Assembly (NCBI GenBank): GCA_005777155.1
Contig: SXNM01000288.1
Coordinates: forward strand, 1 to 40,992
Reading direction: 5' to 3'
DNA from: Pseudomonadota bacterium
GTDB taxonomy: Bacteria > Myxococcota_A > UBA9042
DNA: 40,992 nt
Positions 1 through 8,911 of the stretch are shown in pieces. Position 1 is the stretch's first letter, and every line of letters starts with the position of its first letter. The notes under the pieces were generated by a model. The model was not told where the DNA came from, searched no databases, and worked only from the letters and a program-made list of their open reading frames with translations. Made by a program: the position numbers and the translations under genes.

Positions 1-624
1 CTACGGGCGCTGGGGCGCAGCAGCCTTGCGGCGGTCGAGGCCGAGCGGGCCCGCATCGCGCGCGACCTGCATGACGACCTCGGCCAGCTGCTGACGGCGC
101 TGCGGCTGCAGATCGACGCCGCCATCGCCCGTGGCGACGCCTCGTCGTTGGCGGCCGCGCGGGCCCGCGTTGAGGAGGCCACCGACGGGCTGCGGCGCGT
201 CGTCGCCGACCTGCGCCCGGCGGGCGTCGACGACGATGACATCGCCGCCACGTTGCAGGCGGCTTGCAGCCGGGCAGAGGTTGACCTCGGAATCATCGTC
301 GGCTTTCGCGGCGAGGGCGACGCTGGCGCCGATCCTGTGGTCGCCGCCGCCCTGCTGCGGGTGCTGCGCGAGGCCTTGCACAACGCCGTTCGGCACGGCG
401 CCGCCAGCGAGGTCTCGGTGCGCTTGCGCGCTGGCGTCGAAGGCTGGACGCTGGAGATCGCGGACGACGGCGGAGGGTTCGCGCCGTCGCAGGTGACGTT
501 GGGTGGGCTCTTGGGGCTCCAGGAGCGGCTGGCTTTGCTCGGTGGCAGCCTGGACATTCGCAGCAGCGAGGGCGCGGGTGCCACGCTGCGCGCTCGTCTG
601 CCGCGCGCGGAGGCGTCGTCATGA
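1..624 (+). CDS. Sensor histidine kinase, C-terminal part (HisKA_3-type H-box plus HATPase_c); 5' end lies outside the window
   Basis: Frame 1 is open from base 1; the track shows it only from the Met at 148. Translation reads ..ERARIARDLHDDLGQLLTALRLQ.. (NarX/DesK-type H-box, His codon 70-72). It continues ..LREALHNAVRHGAAS.. / ..IADDGGGF.. / ..GGLLGLQERLALLGGSL.. (N, G1, G2 boxes). Stop TGA 622-624 overlaps the next gene's ATG. Confidence 0.85.
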   Translation, partial: LRALGRSSLAAVEAERARIARDLHDDLGQLLTALRLQIDAAIARGDASSLAAARARVEEATDGLRRVVADLRPAGVDDDDIAATLQAACSRAEVDLGIIVGFRGEGDAGADPVVAAALLRVLREALHNAVRHGAASEVSVRLRAGVEGWTLEIADDGGGFAPSQVTLGGLLGLQERLALLGGSLDIRSSEGAGATLRARLPRAEASS

Positions 625-1274
625 GCGCTGGGGCTGCGTGTGAGCCTGGCAGGGTGGTGCGGGTGGCGCTGGTCGACGACCACGCCGTGCTGCGCGACGG
701 GTTGCGCGCCCTCTTCGCCGCCGCGCAGGACCTGCAGGTGGTCGGCGAAGCGGGCAGCCTCGCCGAGGCGCGGGCGCGCTTGGCCAGCTGGGGCGCCGAC
801 GTCATCACGCTCGACCTTGCCCTCGGAGACGGCGATGGCCTCGACTTGCTGACCGGCCTGCACGCCCCGCCGCCAGCGATCGTCGTGCTGACCATGGTCG
901 ACGCCCCTGCTACGGTCGATCGCGCCCTGCGGGCCGGCGTACGCGGCTGGGTGCAGAAGGGTCGCAGCAGCGAACGGCTCTTGGCCGCCGTGCGCGCCGT
1001 CGCCCGTGGCGAGGTCTGGCTCGACGAGGCTGTGGCCCCGCTGGTGCTGCGCGGCTACCTCGGCCAGGGCGCCTCGCCGGTCGACTGCCTCACGTCGCGC
1101 GAGCGCGAGATTGTCGCCTTGGTCGCCGCCGGGCTGACGAGCGACGACATCGGTCGCCGCCTCGGCGTCGCCGCCAAGACGGTGCAGAATCACCGCAGCC
1201 GTGTGCTCGAAAAGCTAGGCCTTCGCACCACAGCGGCCCTGGTGCGCTGGGCGATGGAGCAGGGCATCGCCTGA
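621..1274 (+). CDS. NarL/FixJ-family response regulator (REC + LuxR/GerE HTH)
   Basis: REC motifs VALVDDHAVLRDGL.. and ..DVITLDLALGDGDGLDLL... C-terminal HTH LTSREREIVALVAAGLTSDDIGRRLGVAAKTVQNHRSRVLEKLG. ATGA overlap with the kinase (621-624) indicates translational coupling. Confidence 0.9.
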   Translation: MSAGAACEPGRVVRVALVDDHAVLRDGLRALFAAAQDLQVVGEAGSLAEARARLASWGADVITLDLALGDGDGLDLLTGLHAPPPAIVVLTMVDAPATVDRALRAGVRGWVQKGRSSERLLAAVRAVARGEVWLDEAVAPLVLRGYLGQGASPVDCLTSREREIVALVAAGLTSDDIGRRLGVAAKTVQNHRSRVLEKLGLRTTAALVRWAMEQGIA

Positions 1275-1282
1275 GCCGAGCC

Positions 1283-2614
1283 TCAGTCTGCGGCGACGAC
1301 GGGCGCGGCGCGACGGGCGCCGATGCCCCAGACCAGCGCGCCGGCCGCCAGCGTCAGAGGCACCAGCGCCATGCCCATGCCGAGTGAGCCCGTGGCGTCG
1401 GCGATGGCGCCTACGATCGGCGGGCTGATGGCGTCGCCGAAGAGGTGGATCGCGAGGATCGACAGCGAGAACGCACGGGTCCGCAGCCGCGCCGGCACGC
1501 TGCTGACCAGCACGGCGTTGATCGGGCCGTTGTAGCACCAGAGCAAGAGCTGTGCCCCGGCCATCGCGGCGCCACTGGCGACCTTGCCCGGCACCCACAG
1601 CGCGACCACTGCCAGGGCGGCGGCGCCTGCCATGGTGACGGCAGAGAGCAAGAGGTAGGGAGAGGCCACACCGCGCCGCCGCAGCAGGTCGCCGAGCCAG
1701 CCGCCGAGCAAGGTGCCGCCGAGGCCTCCGATGACCGTTGCGGTGCCAACCAGCGAGCCAGCGGCGGCGAGATCGAGGCCGCGGTGGCGCACCAGAAAAG
1801 TCGGCGTCCAGTCGGCGAGCGCACCCGAGGCGAAGGTGACGAGCACGTACCCGCCGACGGCGTAGCACCAGACCGGCGTCCGCCGCAGCACCTCCAACGC
1901 CTCGCCCCACGTCGGCGCTTCCGGCTGCGGCGCTCCAGCGCCACTGCCCTCCTCGGCCGCGTCGAGGCCGCCCGGCCGCGCCTCGGGCACCCGCAGCACC
2001 AGCAGCGCCGCCAGCAGCCCTGGCAGCCCGACGGCGAGGAACGCGACGCGCCACCCATAGGCCTGGCCGAGCTGCCCGCCGAGCACGAAGCCCAGCGCCG
2101 CGCCGAGCGGGATCGCCACGTAGAACAGCGTCAGGGCGCGGTTGCGCCGCGCCTCCGGGTAGACGTCGGCGATCCAAGCCGGGCTCAGCGTGGCGTAGGC
2201 CGCCTCGCCGACCCCGACCAAGGCCCTGGCGAGGAGGAAGGTCCAAAACCCCGTAGCGTATGCGGCGGCGGCCGTCGCCAGCGACCACAGGGCCACGCCT
2301 GCCGCGATGACGACGCGACGCGGCACGCGGTCGGCCAAGGCGCCAAAGAGCGGGCTCGCCAGCATGTAGACCACGACGAACGCGGTGAGCGGCCAGGCGG
2401 TCTCGGCGTCGGTCAGGCCGAGATCGGTCTTGAAGAGGTCCTTGACGGCGCTCGGCACGTAGCGATCGACGTAGTTCAGCAGGTTCATCGCCGTCAGCAC
2501 CAGCAGCGTGCGGGTGGCTGCCGGCGCCAGCGGCGGCGAAATGGTCCTAGAGGCGGCGGCGGACTGCGGATCGCTCATCGTCGGGCTCATGGCAGGTGAC
2601 TGCTCCTTTGTCAT
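1283..2614 (-). CDS. MFS transporter (Spinster-like subgroup suspected)
   Basis: 443 aa, about 12 hydrophobic segments. MFS signature region LLVLTAMNLLNYVDRYVPSAVKDLF..LASPLFGALADRVPRR. ATG 2612-2614 overlaps the upstream gene's stop (tcat at 2611-2614). Overlapping ORFs 1215..2288-, 1445..2599+ and 1411..2058- are Arg/Pro-rich shadows. Confidence 0.85.
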   Translation of the reverse strand: MTKEQSPAMSPTMSDPQSAAASRTISPPLAPAATRTLLVLTAMNLLNYVDRYVPSAVKDLFKTDLGLTDAETAWPLTAFVVVYMLASPLFGALADRVPRRVVIAAGVALWSLATAAAAYATGFWTFLLARALVGVGEAAYATLSPAWIADVYPEARRNRALTLFYVAIPLGAALGFVLGGQLGQAYGWRVAFLAVGLPGLLAALLVLRVPEARPGGLDAAEEGSGAGAPQPEAPTWGEALEVLRRTPVWCYAVGGYVLVTFASGALADWTPTFLVRHRGLDLAAAGSLVGTATVIGGLGGTLLGGWLGDLLRRRGVASPYLLLSAVTMAGAAALAVVALWVPGKVASGAAMAGAQLLLWCYNGPINAVLVSSVPARLRTRAFSLSILAIHLFGDAISPPIVGAIADATGSLGMGMALVPLTLAAGALVWGIGARRAAPVVAAD

Positions 2615-4464
2615 CGGTGGCGGACGGTCAGCGCCTCGAGCCGCGCAAGTCGCGGCGCCGCGCCGAGCCAGCCGAAGCCGTCGCTGCCAAGCAGGGTGAC
2701 CTCGCGGTGGATAACCACCCGCGCGCCTGCAGCCAGCGCTTTGGTCCGGGCGTCACGGCAGGCCGCGATCGGCCACTTGTCGCCGGCGTGGCCGTCGTCG
2801 AGGTAGCAGCGGACGCCCAGCACGATCCAGGTCTCCTCGCAAGCGCTCCTGTCGTCCACCTCCGAAAGGGAGATCAGGCGGTCACGGCGAAGCGGCGGCT
2901 GAAACAAGTAGTCCGGAAAGTCGCGGTGGACCCGGGCCTGCGCCGGTGCATCGCTGAGATCGAGCCGCGCGACGCAGACCGACTTGTCGGGCAGCGAGGC
3001 CAGCAGCTCTCGCACCAGCGACTCCTCCGTCGCCTCGTCGGTCGCCTGCAGCCGCGCCCGCGCCGAGGGCAGGGCAGAGGTCACGGCCCACGCGATGGCG
3101 AGCACCCACGTGGCGCGCCTCCCCGCTGGCGAAGCCAACGCAGCCCCAAGCGGCCCCGTGCCGCCGCGTCCGGCCGCCTGCCACAGGCCGACGGCGCCGA
3201 GCGATGCCACGAGGGTGACCCACAGTGCCGCTTGGGCGTGCAGGCGCGGCAGCGAGACGTCAGGCAGGTCGATGGCGTAGACGCCGGTCGCGATCGCGGA
3301 GACACAAAGGAGCCAGAGGCCGAGCCGCCTCGCTGGCGCCGGCAGCGTCATCAGGCCCAAGCACCCCGCCAGCCAGCCCACCGGATACAGCTCAGGGCGG
3401 AAGAGCGCCGACCCCCCGGCCATCACGCCGACGGCTCGCAGGAGCAGCGCTGGCGTCACGGGCGGCAGCGCGCCGGTCGCCACTTGCTCCGCGGTCATGC
3501 GCTGCATGTGGAGCAGGCTCGGCAGCGCCAGCGCGCAGAGGCACGCCGCAGCCAGGTAGAGCCAGGACCGTGGCAGCGCCGCCTGGCCGCCGTCTCCCGG
3601 ACGCCCGATGAGCGGCGTCAGCGCCAGCAGCGGACCGAGCAGCAAGAGCTCGGGGCGAATCGTCGCCGCGAGCCCCAGTGCGACGACCGCCGCCGCGACA
3701 TCGCCGGCCGCCCCGGCCTTGTCTTGGTTCGCGGTCGCGGCGCCGACTCGCAACCAGCCGATCGCCATCGCCAACCCGCCAAGGACGAGGATGCTCTCGC
3801 TGCGGGCGTCGACGATGGCCAGCGGCATCAGCGCGATCGCCGCCGCGGCGATGGGCACCGCCAAGCGCGCCCCGGAGAATCCGCGCAGCCCAAGCGCAAG
3901 GCAGGCCGGCAGCAGCAGCGATGTCAGCACCGCAGCGGCTGTGGTGAGCCCGATGATGGCGTTGTGGTCTGGCGCCACCCACACCATCAGCGCGCGGTGC
4001 GCCACTAGGCTGCCCGCTCCATAGCGCGGTACCGAGACGAAATCGGCCGCCGCCTGCGTCAATTCGTAGCCCTTGTAGACCATGACCAGCTGCGGCGGCA
4101 GCGCCAAGCGCAATCCAGCGCCGAGCCCCACGGCCACAAGCACCAGCGGCCAGACGCCAGATCCAGCCTCGCGCAGCGCCGCCCACGACAAGCGCAGCGT
4201 CCGCGGCAGCTGGAGCAGCGCGAGCAGCCAGAGGAGCGCCACCCCGCCAACTTGGAGCAGATCGAGGCCATCGAGCCACGACACCTGCGCCAGGAGGTCG
4301 CGCGGCGGCGGACCAGCGGAGGCGAGCCAGTGGGAGACGCCGGCCGAGCCACGGTGCAGCCGGTTGTCAGTTTGGCCAAGCGCGATGGTCGGGGCCGCGA
4401 CCGACGCCAGCGCGACGCCCATGGTGCGCCAGCGCGCCGTCCCGCCGCCTGCGCCTGAGGCCAT
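2611..4464 (-). CDS. Large polytopic integral membrane protein with a hydrophilic C-terminal domain; function unknown (GT-C-like topology is only a guess)
   Basis: Track ORF 2611..5094 is open far upstream, but its first ~210 codons are Arg/Pro-rich and overlap the TPR gene, which ends at 4494. The first plausible starts are ATG 4464 (cat 4462-4464) or ATG 4422. Many hydrophobic helices (..LLWLLALLQL.., ..VWPLVLVAVGLGAGL.., ..IIGLTTAAAVLTSLLLPACLALGL.., ..WLLCVSAIATGVYAI..). The last ~170 aa are hydrophilic. I recognised no diagnostic catalytic motif. Confidence 0.6.
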   Translation of the reverse strand: MASGAGGGTARWRTMGVALASVAAPTIALGQTDNRLHRGSAGVSHWLASAGPPPRDLLAQVSWLDGLDLLQVGGVALLWLLALLQLPRTLRLSWAALREAGSGVWPLVLVAVGLGAGLRLALPPQLVMVYKGYELTQAAADFVSVPRYGAGSLVAHRALMVWVAPDHNAIIGLTTAAAVLTSLLLPACLALGLRGFSGARLAVPIAAAAIALMPLAIVDARSESILVLGGLAMAIGWLRVGAATANQDKAGAAGDVAAAVVALGLAATIRPELLLLGPLLALTPLIGRPGDGGQAALPRSWLYLAAACLCALALPSLLHMQRMTAEQVATGALPPVTPALLLRAVGVMAGGSALFRPELYPVGWLAGCLGLMTLPAPARRLGLWLLCVSAIATGVYAIDLPDVSLPRLHAQAALWVTLVASLGAVGLWQAAGRGGTGPLGAALASPAGRRATWVLAIAWAVTSALPSARARLQATDEATEESLVRELLASLPDKSVCVARLDLSDAPAQARVHRDFPDYLFQPPLRRDRLISLSEVDDRSACEETWIVLGVRCYLDDGHAGDKWPIAACRDARTKALAAGARVVIHREVTLLGSDGFGWLGAAPRLARLEALTVRHR

Positions 4465-4493
4465 GGCACACACCGCCGCCGCCCGGCGGGAGC

Positions 4494-6311
4494 TCACGGC
4501 GTGGCCGCGACGCCGCGACGGGCACGCCGCCAACGCCGCGCCAGCAGCAGCCCCGCCAGCAGCACCAAGCCGCCGCCGAGCCATGGCAGGCTGGTCTTCA
4601 GCAGCGCCTTGCGCTCCAGGCAGGCCCGCGGGCTGCTGGCCGCAGCGCATCCCTCTAGGTCTTGCAGCATATGCCGGACGCGGGCCTGCTTGCCTGGGTT
4701 GACCTCGGCGGTGCCCGTCGTGCGGTCGAGGTAGGCCTTCAGGTCGCGCGTCGACTGCGCCGGATCGCGATCGAGGTCGATGACGGCGCGACAATAGAGC
4801 ACGTCGGGATCTTCGGCGCCGAGCGCGACGGCGCGGGCGATGAACGCCGAGGCGGTGGCGTCGTCGCCGAGGCGGTGGTGGTTCATCGCCCGGTAGATAA
4901 GGAGCCTGGCGATGCGGCCATGGCGCGCCTCTGCCTGCGCCAGCGCGCTGTCGCTGTCGCGCCAGTCGTCGCGGTAGTGCAGCAGGACGCCGAGCAAGAA
5001 GGCGTCGTCGGCCTGGCGAGCCGCGGCGCGCTCGTCCTTGGCCGCGGTCGCCGACTTTGCGGCCTCGACCCGGCGGCGCAGGGTCTCCAGCCACGCCTCC
5101 GGAGCCCGCACCACCGTGGCGATGTGGCTAATATCGACCAGCGCCGGCGCCTCGTGCGGACCGGCCTGCAGGGCACGATCGAGCAGGGCGAAGACCTCGT
5201 CCACCCGCTCTTGGCGCGCCCGCAGCCACGCCAGCTCGCGCACCACCTCGCCGTCGTTAGGGCGCGCCTTGGCCCCGCGCTCCAGCAGCGCCTCGAAGGC
5301 CTCCAGCCGGCCTGTGCGACGCATAGCCGCGGCCAGCGGTGGATAGATCGCCGCGCACGCTGGGTGGTCGCGGGTGAGCTGGTCGCCGCGCTTCAGCAGC
5401 AGGTCGTCGCGGCGCAGCACAGCGTCCCGCTCGAGCAACGCAGCCGCCGCGCAGCCATCGGCGCCACCATGGGTCGCCAGGGCCAGGGCGTCGTCGTCGC
5501 GGTCCTGCAAAGCCAGGGCCAGCACCCGCAGGGCGTGGATCCCGGCGTCGCGCGCGCCCGCCTGTCCCGTGCCGAGACCGCCAGCCGCTCCCGCCGTCGG
5601 CGGCGATGTCAGCTTCTGTTCGCTGTCGAGCTGCACCAGCTTCGCGGTCAACAGCGTCGCCGCCGCCGCCGCCTGTCCCTCTGCCCGCAGCAGCAGCGCG
5701 TGCCGCAACTGCAGCCACACGGGGCAGTCGCTCGCGCACTCGGTCGCGAGCCGCTGCAGCACCTCGCGGCGCGTGGTCTCGCGGCCGTGCGCGGCCCGGC
5801 GCTCCAACTGCAGCGCGAGGCCGACGGCGTCTGCGAGCGACTCGCGCTGGGTCTTCCTCGGCTCGGTCGCGCCAGGGACTGGCTTGGCCGCTGCGCCCAC
5901 CGGCGGCGTGGCGACCTCTTCCCAGCGCATCGGCACCTGCGCGGCGTGCAGGCGGGCGTCGATCGTCGCCGCGTCAGGCAGCCCAGCGCCAGGAACGCCT
6001 TCCCAGGTCGCCCGCAGTCGGCCATCGTCGCCGCGTTCCAAGCGCAGCGACGGCGCCGCGGAGTCACCAGTCGGCGCTTCGGCGGTCGCCGCGCCGCCCT
6101 TTCCGGGTTCCGGCTTCGACGCCGGCAGCTTGACCGTAATGGTCGCCGCCTCGATACGAATCTCCGGATCGGCGACCTCGGGCAGCGCCGCCCGTACCAC
6201 CTGCTCGACCTGCGATTCCTGGCCCGGCGGCAGCACCCACGTCGCCGACGCCAAGGCTGGGTAGACGGCGCAATACAGCGCCAGCGCGGCGCCAACCAGG
6301 GCCCGGCTCAT
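4494..6311 (-). CDS. TPR-repeat protein with N-terminal signal peptide and C-terminal membrane anchor
   Basis: Start chosen at Met 60 of the track ORF (cat 6309-6311), giving MSRALVGAALALYCAVYPALASA, which is signal-like. Repeated Ala/Leu-rich helical TPR-like units (..AFIARAVALGAEDPDVLYCRAVIDLD..). C-terminal hydrophobic stretch LPWLGGGLVLLAGLLLARRWRR. The 575-aa plus-strand ORF 4662..6389 is an Arg-rich shadow. Confidence 0.7.
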   Translation of the reverse strand: MSRALVGAALALYCAVYPALASATWVLPPGQESQVEQVVRAALPEVADPEIRIEAATITVKLPASKPEPGKGGAATAEAPTGDSAAPSLRLERGDDGRLRATWEGVPGAGLPDAATIDARLHAAQVPMRWEEVATPPVGAAAKPVPGATEPRKTQRESLADAVGLALQLERRAAHGRETTRREVLQRLATECASDCPVWLQLRHALLLRAEGQAAAAATLLTAKLVQLDSEQKLTSPPTAGAAGGLGTGQAGARDAGIHALRVLALALQDRDDDALALATHGGADGCAAAALLERDAVLRRDDLLLKRGDQLTRDHPACAAIYPPLAAAMRRTGRLEAFEALLERGAKARPNDGEVVRELAWLRARQERVDEVFALLDRALQAGPHEAPALVDISHIATVVRAPEAWLETLRRRVEAAKSATAAKDERAAARQADDAFLLGVLLHYRDDWRDSDSALAQAEARHGRIARLLIYRAMNHHRLGDDATASAFIARAVALGAEDPDVLYCRAVIDLDRDPAQSTRDLKAYLDRTTGTAEVNPGKQARVRHMLQDLEGCAAASSPRACLERKALLKTSLPWLGGGLVLLAGLLLARRWRRARRGVAATP

Positions 6312-6339
6312 CGCCGCCCGTCGCGACCGCGCTGCAACA

Positions 6340-6648
6340 TCAGGCGTCGTCCCAGATCTCAAGCAGATCGTACACCCCGCCGCCGTTGAACGTGTTGGCC
6401 ACACCCTGCGAGCGCAGCCACTCCGTAGCGCGACCGCTGCGACCGCCCGAACGGCAGTAAACGACGACCGTATCGCCTTTTGCAACATGCTCGAACGCCA
6501 CGATCGGCAACGTATGCAGCGGCACGTTGACCGCGCCCGGCACAGCGCCCTCGGCGAACTCCTCCACCGTGCGGACGTCGATCAGCTTCGCGCCCTGATT
6601 GACCAGCTCTTGCGCGCGCTCGGGCGCGACATCCCAATCGCTCATCAC
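6340..6648 (-). CDS. Single-domain rhodanese-like sulfurtransferase
   Basis: 102 aa. ..LIDVRTVEEFAEGAVPGAVNVP.. and active-site loop VVYCRSGGRSGRA (Cys-X5-Arg), typical of GlpE/PspE-size rhodaneses. Ends 28 nt upstream of the TPR gene start. Confidence 0.85.
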   Translation of the reverse strand: MMSDWDVAPERAQELVNQGAKLIDVRTVEEFAEGAVPGAVNVPLHTLPIVAFEHVAKGDTVVVYCRSGGRSGRATEWLRSQGVANTFNGGGVYDLLEIWDDA

Positions 6649-6777
6649 TCACCTCCCGATCTTGCTCCCGATCTTGACTGTCCTTGACCCCAACCGTCCA
6701 GGCGTCGCCCCGCGCACCTCGGCCCCGCCGGCGTCCGCCGCCCACGGCTCACGCGGCGCCCTTCGGCGTCGGCGCAG

Positions 6778-7377
6778 CTACAGGCCGCCGATCACCACCT
6801 CTTCGAGCGGTCGGCGCGTTCTGGGCGCCAGCTCACGTCGCTGGAGATCCTCGGGCAGCGCGTCTGGGTCGCCTGGGTAGCCCACTGACCAGACCGTCAC
6901 GATGTCCAGCGACTCCGGGATCGCCAGCGAGGTCCGTAGCCTGTCGGCGACGAAGCCCGCCATCGGGTGGCTGTGGAGGCCGACAGCGTGCGCCTGCAGC
7001 GCCATGCTGAGGCCGGCGGCGCCTACGTCGTGGCGCGCCCAGTCGTTGCGTTGGCCCGCCGCGCGACCGCTCTCAAAAGTCGACTGGGCGAGGGTGACGA
7101 CGAGGGCCGCCGCCCTCTCGCACCAGCGCTGATTTCCGGGCTCCAGACCGTCGAAGATCGCCTGCCAGCGCGCTTGGTTCGCGGCATCGGCGCCGCGTCG
7201 GCCTGCGATGAACCGCCACGGCTGCACGTTGCCCGACGAAGGCGCCCAGATGGCGGCCTCGAGCAAGCCGCGCATCGTCCGACCATCGATGGTCCGCTGG
7301 CCGTCGAAGGCGCGCGCGCTCCAGCGACCGGCGAGCAAGGGGTGTAGGGGCACACTGCTTGGAGCTGGATTCTCCAT
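6778..7377 (-). CDS. Nitroreductase-family (FMN-dependent) oxidoreductase
   Basis: Start at ATG 7377 (cat 7375-7377) gives 199 aa. Motifs MENPAPSSVPLHPLLAGRWSARAF..LLEAAIWAPSSGNVQPWRF... The upstream part of track ORF 6778..7815 has no family similarity. Confidence 0.8.
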   Translation of the reverse strand: MENPAPSSVPLHPLLAGRWSARAFDGQRTIDGRTMRGLLEAAIWAPSSGNVQPWRFIAGRRGADAANQARWQAIFDGLEPGNQRWCERAAALVVTLAQSTFESGRAAGQRNDWARHDVGAAGLSMALQAHAVGLHSHPMAGFVADRLRTSLAIPESLDIVTVWSVGYPGDPDALPEDLQRRELAPRTRRPLEEVVIGGL

Positions 7378-7551
7378 GGGACGCCTCGGTCGTGCGCGCT
7401 TGGCACTGCAGCGGGCAAAGCGCGTCGAGGCGCCGCTCCACCGCTCGAGCGCACGGTAGCCTGAGGCCACGCTTGCCGCCAGGGCAGCGGGTGACCATGA
7501 TCGCCGCGAGCTGTCGCCGTCGCCGCGGTGGCAGGACGCCTGGAGCGGCCC

Positions 7552-8514
7552 ATGTCGATTGACCTGAATGATGTCTTGGTGTTCGCGCGCGTCTATGAGG
7601 CCGGCAGCTTCACCGACGCGGCTCGAGCCCTCGGCGCCCCCAAGTCGACCATCAGCCGGAGGGTCGCCGCGCTCGAAGAGCGGCTCGGCGCTCGCTTGAT
7701 TGAGCGGACCACACGGAAATTTCGCCCGACCGAGGCCGGCACGCTGCTGTACGAGCGCGCCCGACGCATCGCGCTGGCGCTCGACGAGGCAGAGGCGGCG
7801 GTCGCAGAGCTGCACGATCGCCCCAAAGGCACGCTGCGGCTGACGGCCCCGGTCGACTTCGGCAGCGCTTGGCTGCCCGCGATGTTGGCGGACTTCGTTC
7901 GGCAGTACCCAGAGGTCCGCGTCGACGTCGAGCTGAGCAACCGCTACGTCGACCTGTTGGCCGAGGGATTCGACCTCGCCATCCGCGCAGGGCAGCTCGA
8001 AGACTCCTCGCTCATCGCGCGGCGGCTCGGCAAGAACCGCCTCCGACTGTACGCCGCGCCGAGCTACTTCGCGGACCGATCGGAGCCCTTGCAGCCCGAG
8101 GAGCTAGCGGATCACCAGCTCGTGTTGTTTCGGGCGCCGCGCTTCCAAGCGACCTTGACGCTCAGCCGCGGCGCCGAGGTGCGGACGCTGGAGGCGACGT
8201 CGCGCATCTCGGTTCATGATTTTACGCTACTGCGCGGGCTGCTGATCGCTGGCACTGGCATCGGCGTCCTGCCCGACGTGGCCGGCGGCGTCGAGGTCAA
8301 GTCCGGGCGCCTGCGGCTTGTGCTGCCAGAGTGGTGCCTCGGTGAAGGCGTGATCTCAGCCGTCTATCCGTCCTCGCGGCACCTGTCTGCCTCGCTGCGC
8401 GCCTTCCTCGACCATCTGACGTCGCAGCTGTCGCCACCGCCCTGGCATGAGGAGGGCAGCGACGGTGCCACGCCATCGCCGGCGAGCGCGGTGCACCTCG
8501 GCGCCAAGGGTTAG
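7552..8514 (+). CDS. LysR-family transcriptional regulator
   Basis: N-terminal wHTH MSIDLNDVLVFARVYEAGSFTDAARALGAPKSTISRRVAALEERLGARLIERTTRKFRPTEAG followed by a LysR substrate-binding domain. Divergent from the nitroreductase gene, a classic LysR-target layout. ATG 7552 preferred over 7528. Confidence 0.9.
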   Translation: MSIDLNDVLVFARVYEAGSFTDAARALGAPKSTISRRVAALEERLGARLIERTTRKFRPTEAGTLLYERARRIALALDEAEAAVAELHDRPKGTLRLTAPVDFGSAWLPAMLADFVRQYPEVRVDVELSNRYVDLLAEGFDLAIRAGQLEDSSLIARRLGKNRLRLYAAPSYFADRSEPLQPEELADHQLVLFRAPRFQATLTLSRGAEVRTLEATSRISVHDFTLLRGLLIAGTGIGVLPDVAGGVEVKSGRLRLVLPEWCLGEGVISAVYPSSRHLSASLRAFLDHLTSQLSPPPWHEEGSDGATPSPASAVHLGAKG

Positions 8515-8524
8515 CGTCGCCGGG

Positions 8525-8899
8525 CTATTTCTGCTTTCGCGTCAGCCACGGGCTGCTGTCTGGGTAGCCCGGCGGAGCCGCCTCGCCGCGCGCCAGGACG
8601 AGGATCTCCTGGGCGCGGGGCTGGTCGGGCTTGCCCGCCGATCGCACCAGCACCATCCCGAACGCTACGTCCTGACACTGCGGGCCGGCGACTACCGCCA
8701 CAGTCGGCGGCGCCGGCGTCTCCATGCGCTCGACCAGCATGCCGCGCGCCTTGCCGTAGATGCCCTGGTAGAAGGCGTGGAGGTCGTCGAGACGCGCCTC
8801 TACGCCGTAGCGGGCGCAGCTGTCGTCGGCCGAGACCTCCTCCGCCAGTGGCGGGAGCGCCGCGCCAAATCGCGCGATATCAGGAGATTTCTGCGCCAT
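8525..8899 (-). CDS. Hypothetical protein (124 aa)
   Basis: Strong third-position G/C bias in this frame. GGGAGAA Shine-Dalgarno-like sequence just upstream of ATG 8899. Lies 12 nt downstream of the tdk stop. No motif recognised. Confidence 0.5.
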   Translation of the reverse strand: MAQKSPDIARFGAALPPLAEEVSADDSCARYGVEARLDDLHAFYQGIYGKARGMLVERMETPAPPTVAVVAGPQCQDVAFGMVLVRSAGKPDQPRAQEILVLARGEAAPPGYPDSSPWLTRKQK

Positions 8900-8911
8900 G
8901 TCTTCTCCCGG

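Noticed and set aside
4465-5094. Upstream 210-codon extension of the polytopic membrane protein ORF (track 2611..5094)
   Set aside because: The extension is Arg/Pro/Gly-rich and overlaps the 3' third of the TPR gene in another frame. A start at 4464 or 4422, just after the TPR stop at 4494, is far more plausible.
4662-6389. 575-aa plus-strand ORF opposite the TPR gene. Similar shadows are 1445..2599+, 2596..4008+, 13307..14554+, 12260..13156- and 39556..40563-.
   Set aside because: Extremely Arg/Gln/Gly-rich with no recognisable domain. The opposite or alternative frame in each case carries diagnostic motifs (TPR/signal peptide, MFS, rSAM CX3CX2C, AAA+ Walker motifs).
7401-7420. Sigma-54-like element TGGCAC-N5-CGGGCA upstream of the LysR gene
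   Set aside because: The -24 half (TGGCAC) is perfect, but the -12 half lacks the TTGC core at the correct spacing; GC is displaced by one base. No enhancer-binding protein gene is nearby. Not callable from sequence alone.
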